A stretch of DNA of 64,000 bases from Alphaproteobacteria bacterium (GCA_965214705.1 OZ243972.1:1696001-1760000), one strand, 5' to 3'. Shown: positions 19,716 through 32,018, counted from the first letter of the stretch. A program made the numbers and translations. Notes: generated by a model from the letters alone, not told the origin.

Positions 19716-20114
19716 ATGACCGTGCCTGGGCCAGCCATCGTCGATCAGGCCACGCTCGATTGGGAGGGGGGAGAGGACGCCAACCTCGCCACGGGCAGCG
19801 GCATCCGCTGGAAGCTGCTGATCGCTGGTGAGAGCACGCAAAGCGTCGGTCTCATCACCGGGATCGCGGAGATCACGCCCGGCGCCAAGCTCATGCGCCA
19901 CCACCACGAGCCCGCCGAGACCTACTACATCATGAGCGGGCGCGGGGAGATGGAGATCGAGGGGCGCACGCAAGCGGTGGGGCCCGGCTGCGCCATCTAC
20001 ATCCCGCCGGACGCACGCCACGCCATCCGCTGCACCGGCACGGAGCCATTGGTCTTCGTGTTCTCCTTCCCGCGCGATCGCTTCGACCAGATCGTCTACC
20101 ACTTCGATCATTAG
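19716..20114 (+). CDS. Cupin protein resembling DMSP lyase DddW
   Basis: IRWKLLI...GIAEITPG...HHHEPAETY...YIPPDARH...F..IVYHF parallels the DddW layout as I recall it; AAGGAGG RBS. Confidence 0.65.
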   Translation: MTVPGPAIVDQATLDWEGGEDANLATGSGIRWKLLIAGESTQSVGLITGIAEITPGAKLMRHHHEPAETYYIMSGRGEMEIEGRTQAVGPGCAIYIPPDARHAIRCTGTEPLVFVFSFPRDRFDQIVYHFDH

Positions 20115-20137
20115 CACGTGAAGTTAGGCCGCGCGCG

Positions 20138-20166
20138 TTGACTCGGTTCCGCCTCCGGGGCTAAAT
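20138..20166 (+). promoter_or_regulatory. Probable sigma70 promoter of the sdh operon
   Basis: TTGACT - 17 nt - (G)CTAAAT, fitting the alphaproteobacterial TTG...GCTANA pattern, ~50 bp before sdhC. Confidence 0.5.
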
Positions 20167-20216
20167 CTCAGGCGCTGATACGGCCCGGCTCAGGGCCGGA
20201 TTTCGGGGGTGAATTC

Positions 20217-20633
20217 GTGGCAGATCAATCAAGCGGTGGCGGCACCCGCGCGCGACCGATCTCGCCCCACCTCACCATTTATCGGCCGCAGCTCACCTCG
20301 GTGCTCTCGATCCTGCACCGCATGACCGGCGTGATTCTGGCGTCCGGCGCCGCGATGCTCTGCGCCTGGCTGCTGACCGCCGCCGCAGGCGAGCGCTATT
20401 ACGACTGGACCGCGTGGTTCCTCACCTCGTGGCTCGGCTACGCGCTGCTGGCCGCCTGGTCCTGGTGCCTGTTCTATCACCTCTGCAACGGCGTCCGGCA
20501 CCTGTTCTGGGATGCCGGGATGTGCCTCTCGCTCCGCGAGACCTACGGCTCGGGCATCGCCGTGGTCGTCGCTTCGTTCGTGCTGACCGGGCTCTCCTGG
20601 GGCCTCGGCATCGCCTGCAATCTGGCCGGCTGA
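20217..20633 (+). CDS. sdhC: Succinate dehydrogenase cytochrome b556 subunit
   Basis: RPISPHLTIY, SILHRMTG, HLCNGVRHLFWD. Confidence 0.95.
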   Translation: MADQSSGGGTRARPISPHLTIYRPQLTSVLSILHRMTGVILASGAAMLCAWLLTAAAGERYYDWTAWFLTSWLGYALLAAWSWCLFYHLCNGVRHLFWDAGMCLSLRETYGSGIAVVVASFVLTGLSWGLGIACNLAG

Positions 20634-20641
20634 GGCGCGTC

Positions 20642-21025
20642 GTGGCTTTGCAAACTCCGCTCGCCAAGGTTCGCCACCTGGGCTCCGCCAAGGAAGGCGT
20701 CAACCACTGGTGGTGGCAGCGGCTGACCGCGATCCTGCTGGTGCCGCTCTCGCTCTGGTTCGTGGGCTCGCTCTGGTCGCTCATCGCGGCGGGCGCGGAC
20801 CGCGACGACTTCGTCGACTGGCTCTCCGGCCCGGTCGCGGCGGTGCTGATGCTGCTCTTCCTGGGCGCGACCTTCTACCACCTGAAGCTCGGCCTGCAGG
20901 TGGTGATCGAGGACTACGTGCACGGCAAGTGCAAGTGGGTGCTGCTGATTCTCAACACGTTGCTCTGCCTCGTGCTCTGCCTCGCCTCGCTCTACTCCGT
21001 GATCCTGATTGCGGTGCAGGGGTGA
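20642..21025 (+). CDS. sdhD: Succinate dehydrogenase membrane anchor
   Basis: [31 protein letters not shown]. Confidence 0.95.
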   Translation: MALQTPLAKVRHLGSAKEGVNHWWWQRLTAILLVPLSLWFVGSLWSLIAAGADRDDFVDWLSGPVAAVLMLLFLGATFYHLKLGLQVVIEDYVHGKCKWVLLILNTLLCLVLCLASLYSVILIAVQG

Positions 21026-21029
21026 GCGG

Positions 21030-22823
21030 ATGACGTCGGCCTATCCCATCGCCGAGCACCACGACGACGTGGTGGTGGTGGGCGCCGGCGGCGCCGGCCT
21101 GCGCGCAACTCTCGGCCTGGCCGAAGCCGGGCTGCAAACCGCCTGTATCAGCAAGCTCTTCCCGACCCGCAGCCACACGGTGGCGGCCCAGGGCGGCATC
21201 TCGGCAGCACTCGGCAACATGGAGGAGGACGACTGGCGCTGGCACATGTACGACACCGTCAAGGGGTCGGACTGGCTCGGCGACCAGGACGCGATCGAGT
21301 ACCTGTGCAAGGAAGGCCCGCGCGCGGTCATCGAGCTGGAGCACTACGGTGTGCCCTTCTCGCGCACGCCGGACGGCAAGATCTACCAGCGCGCCTTCGG
21401 CGGCATGTCGCTGAACTACGGCGAGAAGCAGGCGCACCGCACCTGCGCCGCCGCCGACCGCACCGGCCACGCCATCCTGCACACGCTCTACCAGCAGTCG
21501 CTGCGCCACAAGGCCGCGTTCTTCATCGAGTATTTCGCCCTCGACCTGGTGATGGACGAGGAAGGCGCCTGCCGCGGCGTGCTCGCCTGGAACCTGGACG
21601 ACGGCACGCTGCACCTCTTCCGCGCCCACATGGTGATCCTGGCCACCGGCGGCTACGGTCGCGCCTACTTCTCCGCGACCTCGGCCCACACTTGCACGGG
21701 CGACGGCAACGCCATGGTGCTGCGTGCAGGACTCCCGCTGCAGGACATGGAGTTCGTGCAGTTCCACCCCACCGGCATCTACGGCTCCGGCTGCCTGATG
21801 AGCGAGGGCGCACGCGGCGAGGGCGGCTATTTGATCAACTCCGACGGTGAGCGCTTCATGGAGCGCTACGCGCCCAACGCAAAGGACCTCGCCTCGCGGG
21901 ACGTGGTGAGCCGCGCGATCACCATGGAGATTCGCGAGGGGCGCGGCTGCGGGCCCGAGAAGGACCACATGCACCTGAAGATGGACCATCTCGGCGCGGA
22001 GGTGCTGAACGAGCGCCTCCCCGGCATTACCGAGACGGCCCGCATCTTCGCCGGCGTCGAACCGTTGGAAGAGCCGGTTCCGGTGATTCCGACCGTCCAC
22101 TACAACATGGGCGGCATTCCCTGCATTTACACTGGCGAGACGGTGACGGTGCGGGACGGCGACCCGGATTCCGTGGTTCCCGGCCTGATGTCGGTGGGCG
22201 AGGCGGCCTGCGTCTCGGTCCACGGCGCCAACCGCCTCGGGTCCAACTCGCTGCTCGATCTGGTCGTGTTCGGCCGCGCGGCGGCGCAGCGCTGCGCCGA
22301 GATCGTCGAGGCCGGCGCGCCGCACAAGCCGATGCAGAACGGCGTGCTCGACAAGAGCCTCGACTGGTTCGACCGGCTGCGCCACGCCAAAGGCGCCACA
22401 CCCACGGCGGCCATCCGCCTCGACATGCAGCGCACCATGCAGGAGCACGCCGGCGTCTTCCGCACCCGCGACATCATGGAGGAGGGCGCGCGCAAGCTCG
22501 ACGGCGTCTGGGACGGGTTCCGCAACGATATCGGCGTCGCCGACCGCTCGCTGATCTGGAACTCCGATCTCGCCGAGACCATCGAGCTTGACAACCTGAT
22601 GCGGCAGGCGAGCGTCACCCTGCACTCAGCGCTCAATCGGGAGGAAAGCCGCGGCGGCCATGCGCGCGAGGATTTCCCGGACCGCGACGACGAGAAGTGG
22701 CTCAAGCACAGCGTCGCCTGGCTCGACGACGACGGCGCGACCAGGCTCGACTACCGGCCGGTGCACATGCATACGCTCAGCAACGAGGTCGAGACCATTC
22801 CTCTCAAGGCACGGGTCTACTAG
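21030..22823 (+). CDS. sdhA: Succinate dehydrogenase flavoprotein
   Basis: [33 protein letters not shown]. Confidence 0.97.
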   Translation: MTSAYPIAEHHDDVVVVGAGGAGLRATLGLAEAGLQTACISKLFPTRSHTVAAQGGISAALGNMEEDDWRWHMYDTVKGSDWLGDQDAIEYLCKEGPRAVIELEHYGVPFSRTPDGKIYQRAFGGMSLNYGEKQAHRTCAAADRTGHAILHTLYQQSLRHKAAFFIEYFALDLVMDEEGACRGVLAWNLDDGTLHLFRAHMVILATGGYGRAYFSATSAHTCTGDGNAMVLRAGLPLQDMEFVQFHPTGIYGSGCLMSEGARGEGGYLINSDGERFMERYAPNAKDLASRDVVSRAITMEIREGRGCGPEKDHMHLKMDHLGAEVLNERLPGITETARIFAGVEPLEEPVPVIPTVHYNMGGIPCIYTGETVTVRDGDPDSVVPGLMSVGEAACVSVHGANRLGSNSLLDLVVFGRAAAQRCAEIVEAGAPHKPMQNGVLDKSLDWFDRLRHAKGATPTAAIRLDMQRTMQEHAGVFRTRDIMEEGARKLDGVWDGFRNDIGVADRSLIWNSDLAETIELDNLMRQASVTLHSALNREESRGGHAREDFPDRDDEKWLKHSVAWLDDDGATRLDYRPVHMHTLSNEVETIPLKARVY

Positions 22824-22846
22824 GGCCCCGGCAAGGTCGGTCACCG

Positions 22847-24614
<1,768 letters not shown>

Positions 24615-24632
24615 CGTACACGACACATGCTG

Positions 24633-25273
24633 TTATGCAGGATGACGAGTTATGAAATCTCTCACGCCTTGCAAGAATAGTGCGACCTGATCTTTAGTAT
24701 ATTCAGAATAATGGCCATGCGCTGCTTTATTTCTTAGATCTAGCCAAGCAGTTACGTTTTTCTGGTCTAGTTTAGAATACGCCGCTTGCTTGGCTAACTC
24801 CGAATTTAATTCATCTGTTTTCCTAGCTTTGCCACCACGCTCAACGCTAATGTTGTGCTTGTTACACAAGTTTCTGATATGAACTTCGAGTGTGCTGCCG
24901 GTTATTACAGCGGCGGCATCTTTGTACTTGTTATCCAACAAATGCGTGGCCATTTCTAGGTAATCACCAAACACATTGCCATGTAATAACTCCTCCACCG
25001 ACTGAAGGTAGCCATTGCGGATGTCAGAAAGAAGTGCTTTTGCTACTCCCCCATCTCTTTCTCCAAATATATCACATCTCGATACTGTTTTTTTCTGAAC
25101 TCTACGATGCTCATGTAGTACGGAGAATTTGAGCCCGAAGCTCTTTCCACTGCAGCAACACACCGAGTTCGCAGGTCGGCAATTTCTGTACGATTGGGAG
25201 GGGCCGGTTGAGCAAGGCGCGTTTGGTACTCAGAGACAATGTCTGTCAATTGCTGTTCGAAGACTTGTGTCAT
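24633..25273 (-). pseudogene. AT-rich HEPN-like (DUF4145-type) gene split by a frameshift
   Basis: Two overlapping ORFs (25043-25273 and 24633-~25050) join at a G5 run (25048-25052). C-terminal part has ...GSTLE... and RNKAAH (Rx4H). Confidence 0.65.
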
Positions 25274-25308
25274 TAGCGTTCCATGCTGTTAGACGATTTC
25301 CTTGTTCC

Positions 25309-26217
25309 CTAACCCGCTGCTTCGAGCCAGTGGCGGGCGATTTCCTCGCGCGTTGCGAACCAGACGCCCTCGTGCGCCTGCGCGTGCTCGATGAAGCGGC
25401 TGAGCCCCGCGATGCGGCCGGGGCGGCCGATCATGCGAGGGTGCAGGCCGATGGACATCATCTTCGGGCAGGTCGCTGATTCCGCATAGAGCGTGTCGAA
25501 GCTGTCCCGCGCGTATTGATAGAAGTGCTCGGCGGTGAGGAAGCCGGGCGCCGTCCAGAAGGAGAAGTCGTTGATATCGCACGTATAGGGCACCACCAGA
25601 TGGCGCTTGCCCGAGACCTCCACGAAGTAGGGCAGGTCGTCGTTATAGGCGTCGGAATCGTAGATGAAGCCGCCGTCCTCCACCACCAGCTCGCGGGTGT
25701 GGACCGAGGGCCCGAAGCGGCAGTACCAGCCCACCGGCCGCTTGCCGCAGGTGCGCTCGAAGGATTCGATGGCGAGCCGGATGTGCTCGCGCTCCTCCTC
25801 GCGCGAGAGTCGGAACACTTCCTCCCAGCGCCAGCCGTGGCTGCACACCTCGTGGCCGCCGGCGACGACCGCGCGGGCGACCGCTGGGTTCTGTTCGAAG
25901 GCGACGGCGCAGGCATAGAAGGTGGACTTGATCCCAGTCTCGTCGAAGAGGCGCAGGAGGCGCCAGACACCGGCGCGGGAGCCGTACTCGAACATCGATT
26001 CCATGGCGAGGTTGCGGTAGCTCTCGGGCAGCGAGTAGTTGCCGAACTCGGTGAGTCCTTCCTGGTGCGCATCGCCCATGGCGTGTGAATACTCCGAGCC
26101 TTCCTCGTAGTTGACCACCACCGAGATCGCGAGCCGCGCCCCGTTCGGCCAGGGGATCGCCGGCGGGTTGGCGCCGTAGCCCACCAGATCGCGTCCGCCT
26201 GAAGATACCTCCACCAT
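25309..26217 (-). CDS. Polysaccharide deacetylase family, allantoinase PuuE-like
   Basis: RDLVGYG, WPNGAR, VVNYEEG, EYGSRAG, SHGWRW, IGLHPRMIGRPGR. Confidence 0.88.
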   Translation of the reverse strand: MVEVSSGGRDLVGYGANPPAIPWPNGARLAISVVVNYEEGSEYSHAMGDAHQEGLTEFGNYSLPESYRNLAMESMFEYGSRAGVWRLLRLFDETGIKSTFYACAVAFEQNPAVARAVVAGGHEVCSHGWRWEEVFRLSREEEREHIRLAIESFERTCGKRPVGWYCRFGPSVHTRELVVEDGGFIYDSDAYNDDLPYFVEVSGKRHLVVPYTCDINDFSFWTAPGFLTAEHFYQYARDSFDTLYAESATCPKMMSIGLHPRMIGRPGRIAGLSRFIEHAQAHEGVWFATREEIARHWLEAAG

Positions 26218-26409
26218 GATGCTCCTCCGTTCCCCTGCTGCTCCCGCCGAAGCGTTTCCGTTTTACACGGAACCGCTCCGGCAGTTTTTCGCTCACGGCG
26301 GCCGGCCTGCGGCCGGCGCCTCCGCGAGGGCGCCGCTAACGCGGCGGGCCGCGGTCGCGGCCTGTTGCGAATCCGTCAACGACGGCCTCGCTCCCGTCAT
26401 CATAGAGCG

Positions 26410-27669
26410 TTACGGGGCGCCGTCGTAGTAAGCCTGGAGGATGGCGACCACGCCATCGCGGCTGTATTCGGGCGGGATCGCCTCGCCGCCTGCGAACATC
26501 TCGCGCAGCCGGGTGCCCGAGATGCGGAGCTTGCCGTCGTCGCTCTGGCGGCAGGGCCGGCCTTCGGCATCGCCGGTCGCCACCGCCGCCACCGCGCGAT
26601 GGCGTTCATCCTCGGCTGGCGGGTTCGTCCCGCCGTCGGCGGCAAAGCACACGTTCCCCGTCGCCATGCCCTGGCAGTCGAAGCAATGGAAGGTGTCGTC
26701 GATCTTGAGCGGCCGGATGGCGAGGCTGCCGGCGCCGATCTCGTCGAAGATGCAGTGCGCGTCGTAAGGCCCGTAGTAGCCACCGAGCCCGGCATGGTCG
26801 CGCCCGATCACCAGGTGCGAGCACCCGAAATTCTGGCGGAAGAGAGCGTGCAGCAGCGCCTCCCGCGGGCCGGCGTAGCGCATCTCGATGGGATAGCCGG
26901 CCTGGATCACCGTCCCTTCCGCGAAGTGGTTGGCGACCAGCCAGTCGATGGCGCGGACCCGGACGTCGGCCGGGATGTCGCCCTGCTTGAGCGCGCCGAG
27001 CACCTGATGAATCAGCACCCCGTCGCACACCTCAAGTGCAACCTTGGCGAGGAACTCGTGACTCCGGTGCATGGGGTTGCGGGTCTGGAAGGCGGCGACC
27101 GTGGACCAGCCCTTCTCGGCGAAGAGCGCCCGGGTCTCGGCGGGGCGCAGGTAGAGCCCCCGGTAGGTCTCGGGAAAGTGGCCTTCCGAGAGCACCGAGA
27201 CCGAACCCGCGAGGTTGACGGCGCCCTGCGCCATGACCTTGGCGACGCCGGGGTGGGCCTCGTCGGAGGTCCGGTAGACCTCGCGGCATTCGAGGGCCTC
27301 GTCGATGGCGTATGTCTCGCTGACCGTGAGGACGCCAAGGATCTCCCCGTCCGCGTCCGTCAGTGCCACCTCGTCGCCGACGGCCACGGCGAAATCCTCG
27401 TCGCAGGAAACCGTGATGGGCAGCGGCCAGAAGAGCCCGTTCTCCAGGTGCATCTCCAGGCATGCGCCGCGCCAGTCGGCCGCGCCCATGAAGCCTTCGA
27501 GCGGCGTGTAGGCGCCCATGGCGAGCATGAAGAGGTCCGAGACCTCGCGGGTGGAAAGCGGCAGCCGCTTCAGGGTGCGCGCCCGCTTCAGGGCCTCGTC
27601 CCGCTCCTCTCCGGGCAGCAGCAGGGGCTTCAGGGCGGCGTCGCCATGCGGGGGGATCAGCGTCGACAT
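26410..27669 (-). CDS. sat: Sulfate adenylyltransferase (dissimilatory type)
   Basis: AFQTRNPMHRSHE, MRYAGPREALLHA, GRDHAG, ISGT.LR. Confidence 0.95.
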   Translation of the reverse strand: MSTLIPPHGDAALKPLLLPGEERDEALKRARTLKRLPLSTREVSDLFMLAMGAYTPLEGFMGAADWRGACLEMHLENGLFWPLPITVSCDEDFAVAVGDEVALTDADGEILGVLTVSETYAIDEALECREVYRTSDEAHPGVAKVMAQGAVNLAGSVSVLSEGHFPETYRGLYLRPAETRALFAEKGWSTVAAFQTRNPMHRSHEFLAKVALEVCDGVLIHQVLGALKQGDIPADVRVRAIDWLVANHFAEGTVIQAGYPIEMRYAGPREALLHALFRQNFGCSHLVIGRDHAGLGGYYGPYDAHCIFDEIGAGSLAIRPLKIDDTFHCFDCQGMATGNVCFAADGGTNPPAEDERHRAVAAVATGDAEGRPCRQSDDGKLRISGTRLREMFAGGEAIPPEYSRDGVVAILQAYYDGAP

Positions 27670-27675
27670 GGGGCG

Positions 27676-27870
27676 TCAGCGCCGGTTGGCGACTTCCTTT
27701 CGAATCTCCTTCGACTTGGCTTCGGGCAGAACCCAGATTGCGCCGGCCATCAGCGGCCCCAGGGCGAGGGTCACCCAGCGCACGATCCCGGTGCTGTCGT
27801 CGAGGAAAAACACCGCCACGCACAGCGCGAGGGCGAGCACGGAGACGAGAATCTTGTAGTTGCTGGGCAT
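27676..27870 (-). CDS. Small two-TM hypothetical protein
   Basis: Two hydrophobic stretches; tight spacing between co-oriented neighbours. Confidence 0.6.
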   Translation of the reverse strand: MPSNYKILVSVLALALCVAVFFLDDSTGIVRWVTLALGPLMAGAIWVLPEAKSKEIRKEVANRR

Positions 27871-27890
27871 CGCTCAGGTCCTTCGCAATC

Positions 27891-28196
27891 TCAGGTGGAG
27901 TCGAACGCGTCGATTGCTGCGGCCACGTCTGCGCTCGTCATCTCCCACGTGTTGTCGAAGTTCGCCACGACGCCGCGCATGAATGGCTCGACAAGCTCGA
28001 GGGCGCGGGCCTCCTCGCCCGCACCGAGGTGATCGGCCAGGATCGCGAGCGCGAGCTGACGCGACTGCGCGCCTTCATAGGTCCACTCGAAGCCGGTCTC
28101 GCTGAAGCGCCGTATGTCGAGCCTCTGGTCCAGGAGCTCGCCGTCAACGGTGACCACGAGCCCGTCGATGGTGCGATCCCCGGCGTATCTCTTCAT
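27891..28196 (-). CDS. Conserved hypothetical protein (DUF6166-like)
   Basis: GFEWTYEG..SRQLALAILADH motif; GGAG RBS before MKRY. Confidence 0.65.
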   Translation of the reverse strand: MKRYAGDRTIDGLVVTVDGELLDQRLDIRRFSETGFEWTYEGAQSRQLALAILADHLGAGEEARALELVEPFMRGVVANFDNTWEMTSADVAAAIDAFDST

Positions 28197-28373
28197 GGCG
28201 TTGCTCCGAAGCGGGGCTGATCGTCGCCCATCGTAGAATCGTCCGCGCCACACACGCCATGGCCGCGGTGAGAATGGCGGGCTAGCATACCGGCATCCGG
28301 GCAACCGGGACGCGCTGCCGCAATCGTCGAAGCATCCCATTTCCGAACATGCTTTCGCGTATCGGAGCCGCAC

Positions 28374-29057
28374 TTGAGCGTGAGTGAGAGAGAGTCGGAT
28401 GCGGGCCTGCGCACGGACCCGGACCGCAGCCTCACGGACCAAGCATACGTCGCGCTCGAGGAGATGATCTGCACGCTCAGGCTCGAGCCCGGCGAGGTGC
28501 TCTCCGAAGGTGCGCTTTCGAAGACGCTGGGCATCGGACGCACGCCGGTGCGCGAGGCGTTGCAGCGCCTGGCGCGGGAAGGGCTGGTCACGGTGCTCCC
28601 CCGGCGCGGTGTCCTGGTCTCGGAGTTCAACGTGGGCAAGCAGCTCCGGATGCTGGAGGTGCGCCGCGAGCTAGAGCGGCTGATGGTTCGCTCTGCCGCG
28701 TCTCACGCAACGACCGAAGAGCGCGCCCGCTTCGCGGCTATCGCCCGCGCGATATACGAGAGCGCCGATGCGGGCGACGACATCCGCTTCATGCGCCTCG
28801 ATCGCGAGTTCAACGTGCTGGTGAGCCTGGTGAACCGCAACGAGTTCGCAGCCGAAGCGATCTCGTTGATGGCCGGCCTTTCGCGGCGGTTCTGGTTCAT
28901 GTACCACCGCCAGGACGGCGATCTCTCGTTGATTGCTCGACTCCATGCCGACATCGCCAACGCGATCGCGGCGGGAGACGAGGCGGCGGCGGCAATGGCG
29001 AGCGATGCCCTGCTCGAATACATCGAATCGATCACCCGGGCGGCGGTGGATTGGTGA
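28374..29057 (+). CDS. GntR/FCD family regulator
   Basis: LEPGEVLSE, GRTPVREALQRL, VRRELE. Confidence 0.92.
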   Translation: MSVSERESDAGLRTDPDRSLTDQAYVALEEMICTLRLEPGEVLSEGALSKTLGIGRTPVREALQRLAREGLVTVLPRRGVLVSEFNVGKQLRMLEVRRELERLMVRSAASHATTEERARFAAIARAIYESADAGDDIRFMRLDREFNVLVSLVNRNEFAAEAISLMAGLSRRFWFMYHRQDGDLSLIARLHADIANAIAAGDEAAAAMASDALLEYIESITRAAVDW

Positions 29058-29215
29058 GCGGCATGGCGATGCCGAAGCCTTCGCGCCTGCACGCCGCAAT
29101 ACCCTCGATCAGAGCTGCAGCATCCTTGTTTTGTCGTTGATATTCGACTAATATATTACTCTCGGAATGCCTTGGCGCGCCGGCGCTCAAGCACGGGGGC
29201 ACAGGGGACACAACC

Positions 29216-30019
29216 ATGGAACTCGCGAACTCACCGATGGACGAGCGCCAGCGGATCTACCGTGAGGTCTACCGGGAGCGCATCGCGGCCTGGTACAACG
29301 GCTATCTGCACGTCGCGATCATCTACCTCATCGGCGCCTGCGCGCTCTACGTCTGTCTCTCCCATGTCGGGACCATGCTGTGGTGGGAGTGGCTCACGAT
29401 CCCCGTGGTGCTGCTGGCGAGCAACATCTTCGAATGGCTGCTCCATGTCCAGGTGATGCACCGGCCGCGCAAGTGGAAGGGGTTCCGCGCCATCTACACG
29501 CGGCACATGCTCATGCACCACCAGTTCTTCACCGACAAAGAGATGCGCTTTGCCGGCCAGCATGATTGGCGGGTGACCGTCTTCCCGCCCTACGCGCTTG
29601 TCGTGTTCATCCTCATGTCGACGCCGCCGGCGCTGATCGCAGGCTTTGTCATCTCTGCGAACGTGGGTTGGCTCGTCATCGCCACCACGACCAGCCTCTA
29701 TCTGCTCTACGAGTTCATGCACTTCTGCTGTCACATCGGCGAGAACCGGTTCGTGCGCTACTGCCCGTTCGTGAACACGATCCGGCGCCACCACGCGGCG
29801 CACCACAACCAGTCGATCATGATGGAGCGGAACATGAACCTGACGTTCCCCATCGCCGACTGGATGTTCGGGACGTCGGATCTCGATCGCGGCCTGCTCG
29901 GGCACCTCTTCAATGGCTACTCGACGAAGTACGTCAAGTCCGACATGCGCAAGAGCGCCCGGACCCCGAAGGTGAAGGCTCACTCTCCGGCCGATGCGAC
30001 GGCGGCCAGCCCCGCCTGA
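29216..30019 (+). CDS. Fatty acid hydroxylase / sterol desaturase family membrane protein
   Basis: His boxes HVQVMH, HMLMHH, HFCCH, HHAAHH between TM segments. Confidence 0.85.
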   Translation: MELANSPMDERQRIYREVYRERIAAWYNGYLHVAIIYLIGACALYVCLSHVGTMLWWEWLTIPVVLLASNIFEWLLHVQVMHRPRKWKGFRAIYTRHMLMHHQFFTDKEMRFAGQHDWRVTVFPPYALVVFILMSTPPALIAGFVISANVGWLVIATTTSLYLLYEFMHFCCHIGENRFVRYCPFVNTIRRHHAAHHNQSIMMERNMNLTFPIADWMFGTSDLDRGLLGHLFNGYSTKYVKSDMRKSARTPKVKAHSPADATAASPA

Positions 30020-30230
30020 GGCCGACGCGCCCACGGGCGCCTGAAGACGGACACGCATGACTCGCGGCGGCGCCGGATACCGGTGCCGCCGCAGCGCGTT
30101 TCCGGGCGCGGCACGGACCGGTTTCCACCCGAACGCAGCTGCCATGCACGCGACCGGGTCACGCCAAGGACCGCTTTCGGCAAACTCTGGTAACGTGCCT
30201 CGCAGAGCACCGCGAGCAGGGAGAAGAGCC

Positions 30231-31133
30231 ATGACCAGCCACGCGACCGGGGACGGAGGCATTCCGCCCAGAGATGCGGCGGCGCGCGGGCTGAAGCGGG
30301 TCATGACCCTGGGGGGTGCCTACGGCACCCGCAACTACACCGTGAAAGACCTGCGCGATCAGAAGGGAAAGCGCGCGCTGGTGGAGACCCTGCCGTTCTC
30401 CCCGGAGGAAGCGGCGGCCGCCGAGGAGGCCGGCATCGATACCATGAAGGCGCGCTTCGATCCCCGCCAACCCGATCTCACGGCGGCGATCCGGCGCGCA
30501 GCCCCCAACACGTTCATGGCCTTTTCCGTGCCGCTCGTTGCCGCCGCGAGCGAGGTCGAAGCGGTCCGCATCGGCTACGACGCGATGGCGCTCGGGGCGG
30601 ACGCGATCATGTGCCAGTGGAGCCCCCGCTTCGTGGCGGCGGCGGCCGACGCGGGCATCCCAATCCAGGGCCACGCGGGGCTGGTCCCCCGCAAGAGCAC
30701 ATGGACCGGGGGCTTACGCGCGGTCGGGAAGACCCTCGACGAGGCGATGTGGGTCTATCGCGAGATCAAGGCCCTCGAGGACGCCGGCGCCTACGCGGTG
30801 GAGGTCGAGGTCATCCCCGCGCAGCTGCTGGTCGAGATCAGCAAGCGCACGCGGCTGCTCACGTCGTCCATCGGGGCGGGCAGCGGCGGGGATATCCAGT
30901 TCCTGTTCGCCGACGACATCCTCGGCAACAACCCGCCTCCCTACCCCCGGCACTCGAAGCAGTACCGCCACCTCTACAAGATGAAGCAGGCGATGCAGGC
31001 CGAGCGGCTGGCCGGATTCCGGGAATTCGTCGCCGATGTCCGCGAGGGCCGTTTCCCCGGACCGGAGCACATCGTCAACGCCTCGGACAACCTCGTCGAT
31101 TCCTTCGTCGATGCGGTCGAGTCCGCCAGTTGA
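30231..31133 (+). CDS. Divergent PanB-like (ketopantoate hydroxymethyltransferase family) protein
   Basis: GHAGLVP, GGLRAVGK, AGAYAVEVE, SIGAG; canonical VGDS and DMPF motifs are not visible. Confidence 0.7.
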   Translation: MTSHATGDGGIPPRDAAARGLKRVMTLGGAYGTRNYTVKDLRDQKGKRALVETLPFSPEEAAAAEEAGIDTMKARFDPRQPDLTAAIRRAAPNTFMAFSVPLVAAASEVEAVRIGYDAMALGADAIMCQWSPRFVAAAADAGIPIQGHAGLVPRKSTWTGGLRAVGKTLDEAMWVYREIKALEDAGAYAVEVEVIPAQLLVEISKRTRLLTSSIGAGSGGDIQFLFADDILGNNPPPYPRHSKQYRHLYKMKQAMQAERLAGFREFVADVREGRFPGPEHIVNASDNLVDSFVDAVESAS

Positions 31134-31169
31134 ACCGCCCCCGACCCCGTTAACGCAGGAGACGATCCG

Positions 31170-32018
31170 TTGAGCGAAGCGCAGACAACCAAGGGGCAGG
31201 CATTCAAGGACCTGCATCTGGCCGACGGCATATTCGTGATGCCGAACGCATGGAACGCCGGTAGCGCCTACATGCTGGAGGCAGCGGGTTTCCCCGCCGT
31301 CGGTACCAGCAGCGCGGGGATCGCATTCTGCCTCGGTCTCCCCGACTACGAAGGCGTGCTCACCCGGCAAGCCGCGCTGGAGGAGACCGAACGGATTGCA
31401 GGTGCGCTCCGGATACCCGTCAGCATGGATGCGGAGAACGGCTACGGACATTCGCCGGAAGAGGTGGCCGAGACCATCCGCCTGGCGGCCGAGACCGGCG
31501 CGGTGGCGGCCAGCATCGAAGACTATGCCGCCGCTTACGGCACGGGCGATCTCTATGATCGGACGCTATCGGTGGAGAGGATCGAGGCTGCGGCGAGCGC
31601 CGCCGCGTCCCTGCCGTTTCCGTTCACGCTGACCGCGAGAGCCGAGTGCTACCTCATGGGGCATCCAAACCCGTTCGAGGAGTCGGTGACGAGGGTCAAC
31701 CTGTATCGGGAAGCGGGGGCGGACTGCCTCTACGTCCCCGGCGTCAAGGACCCCGAGACCATCGGTCGGCTGGTGAGGGAGGTCGACGGGCCGGTCAACG
31801 TGGTTATGGGCCTTGCCGGCAGTCCGATGAGCGTGAGCCAGCTTGAGGACCTGGGCGTGAAGCGGGTGAGCATCGGCGGCTCGCTGGCTCGGGCCACGTT
31901 CGGCGTCATACGTCGGGCGGCGGAGGAAATGCGTGACCGCGGCACCTTTACCTATTCCGAAGGGCAGGTACCCAACGGCGAGCTTTGCCGATTCTTCGAC
32001 GAGCAGCGGGGCTTGTGA
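31170..32018 (+). CDS. Isocitrate lyase/PEP mutase family protein
   Basis: PNAWNAGSA, TSSAG, DAENGYG, SIED, AGADCLYVPG, RVSIGG. Confidence 0.88.
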   Translation: MSEAQTTKGQAFKDLHLADGIFVMPNAWNAGSAYMLEAAGFPAVGTSSAGIAFCLGLPDYEGVLTRQAALEETERIAGALRIPVSMDAENGYGHSPEEVAETIRLAAETGAVAASIEDYAAAYGTGDLYDRTLSVERIEAAASAAASLPFPFTLTARAECYLMGHPNPFEESVTRVNLYREAGADCLYVPGVKDPETIGRLVREVDGPVNVVMGLAGSPMSVSQLEDLGVKRVSIGGSLARATFGVIRRAAEEMRDRGTFTYSEGQVPNGELCRFFDEQRGL

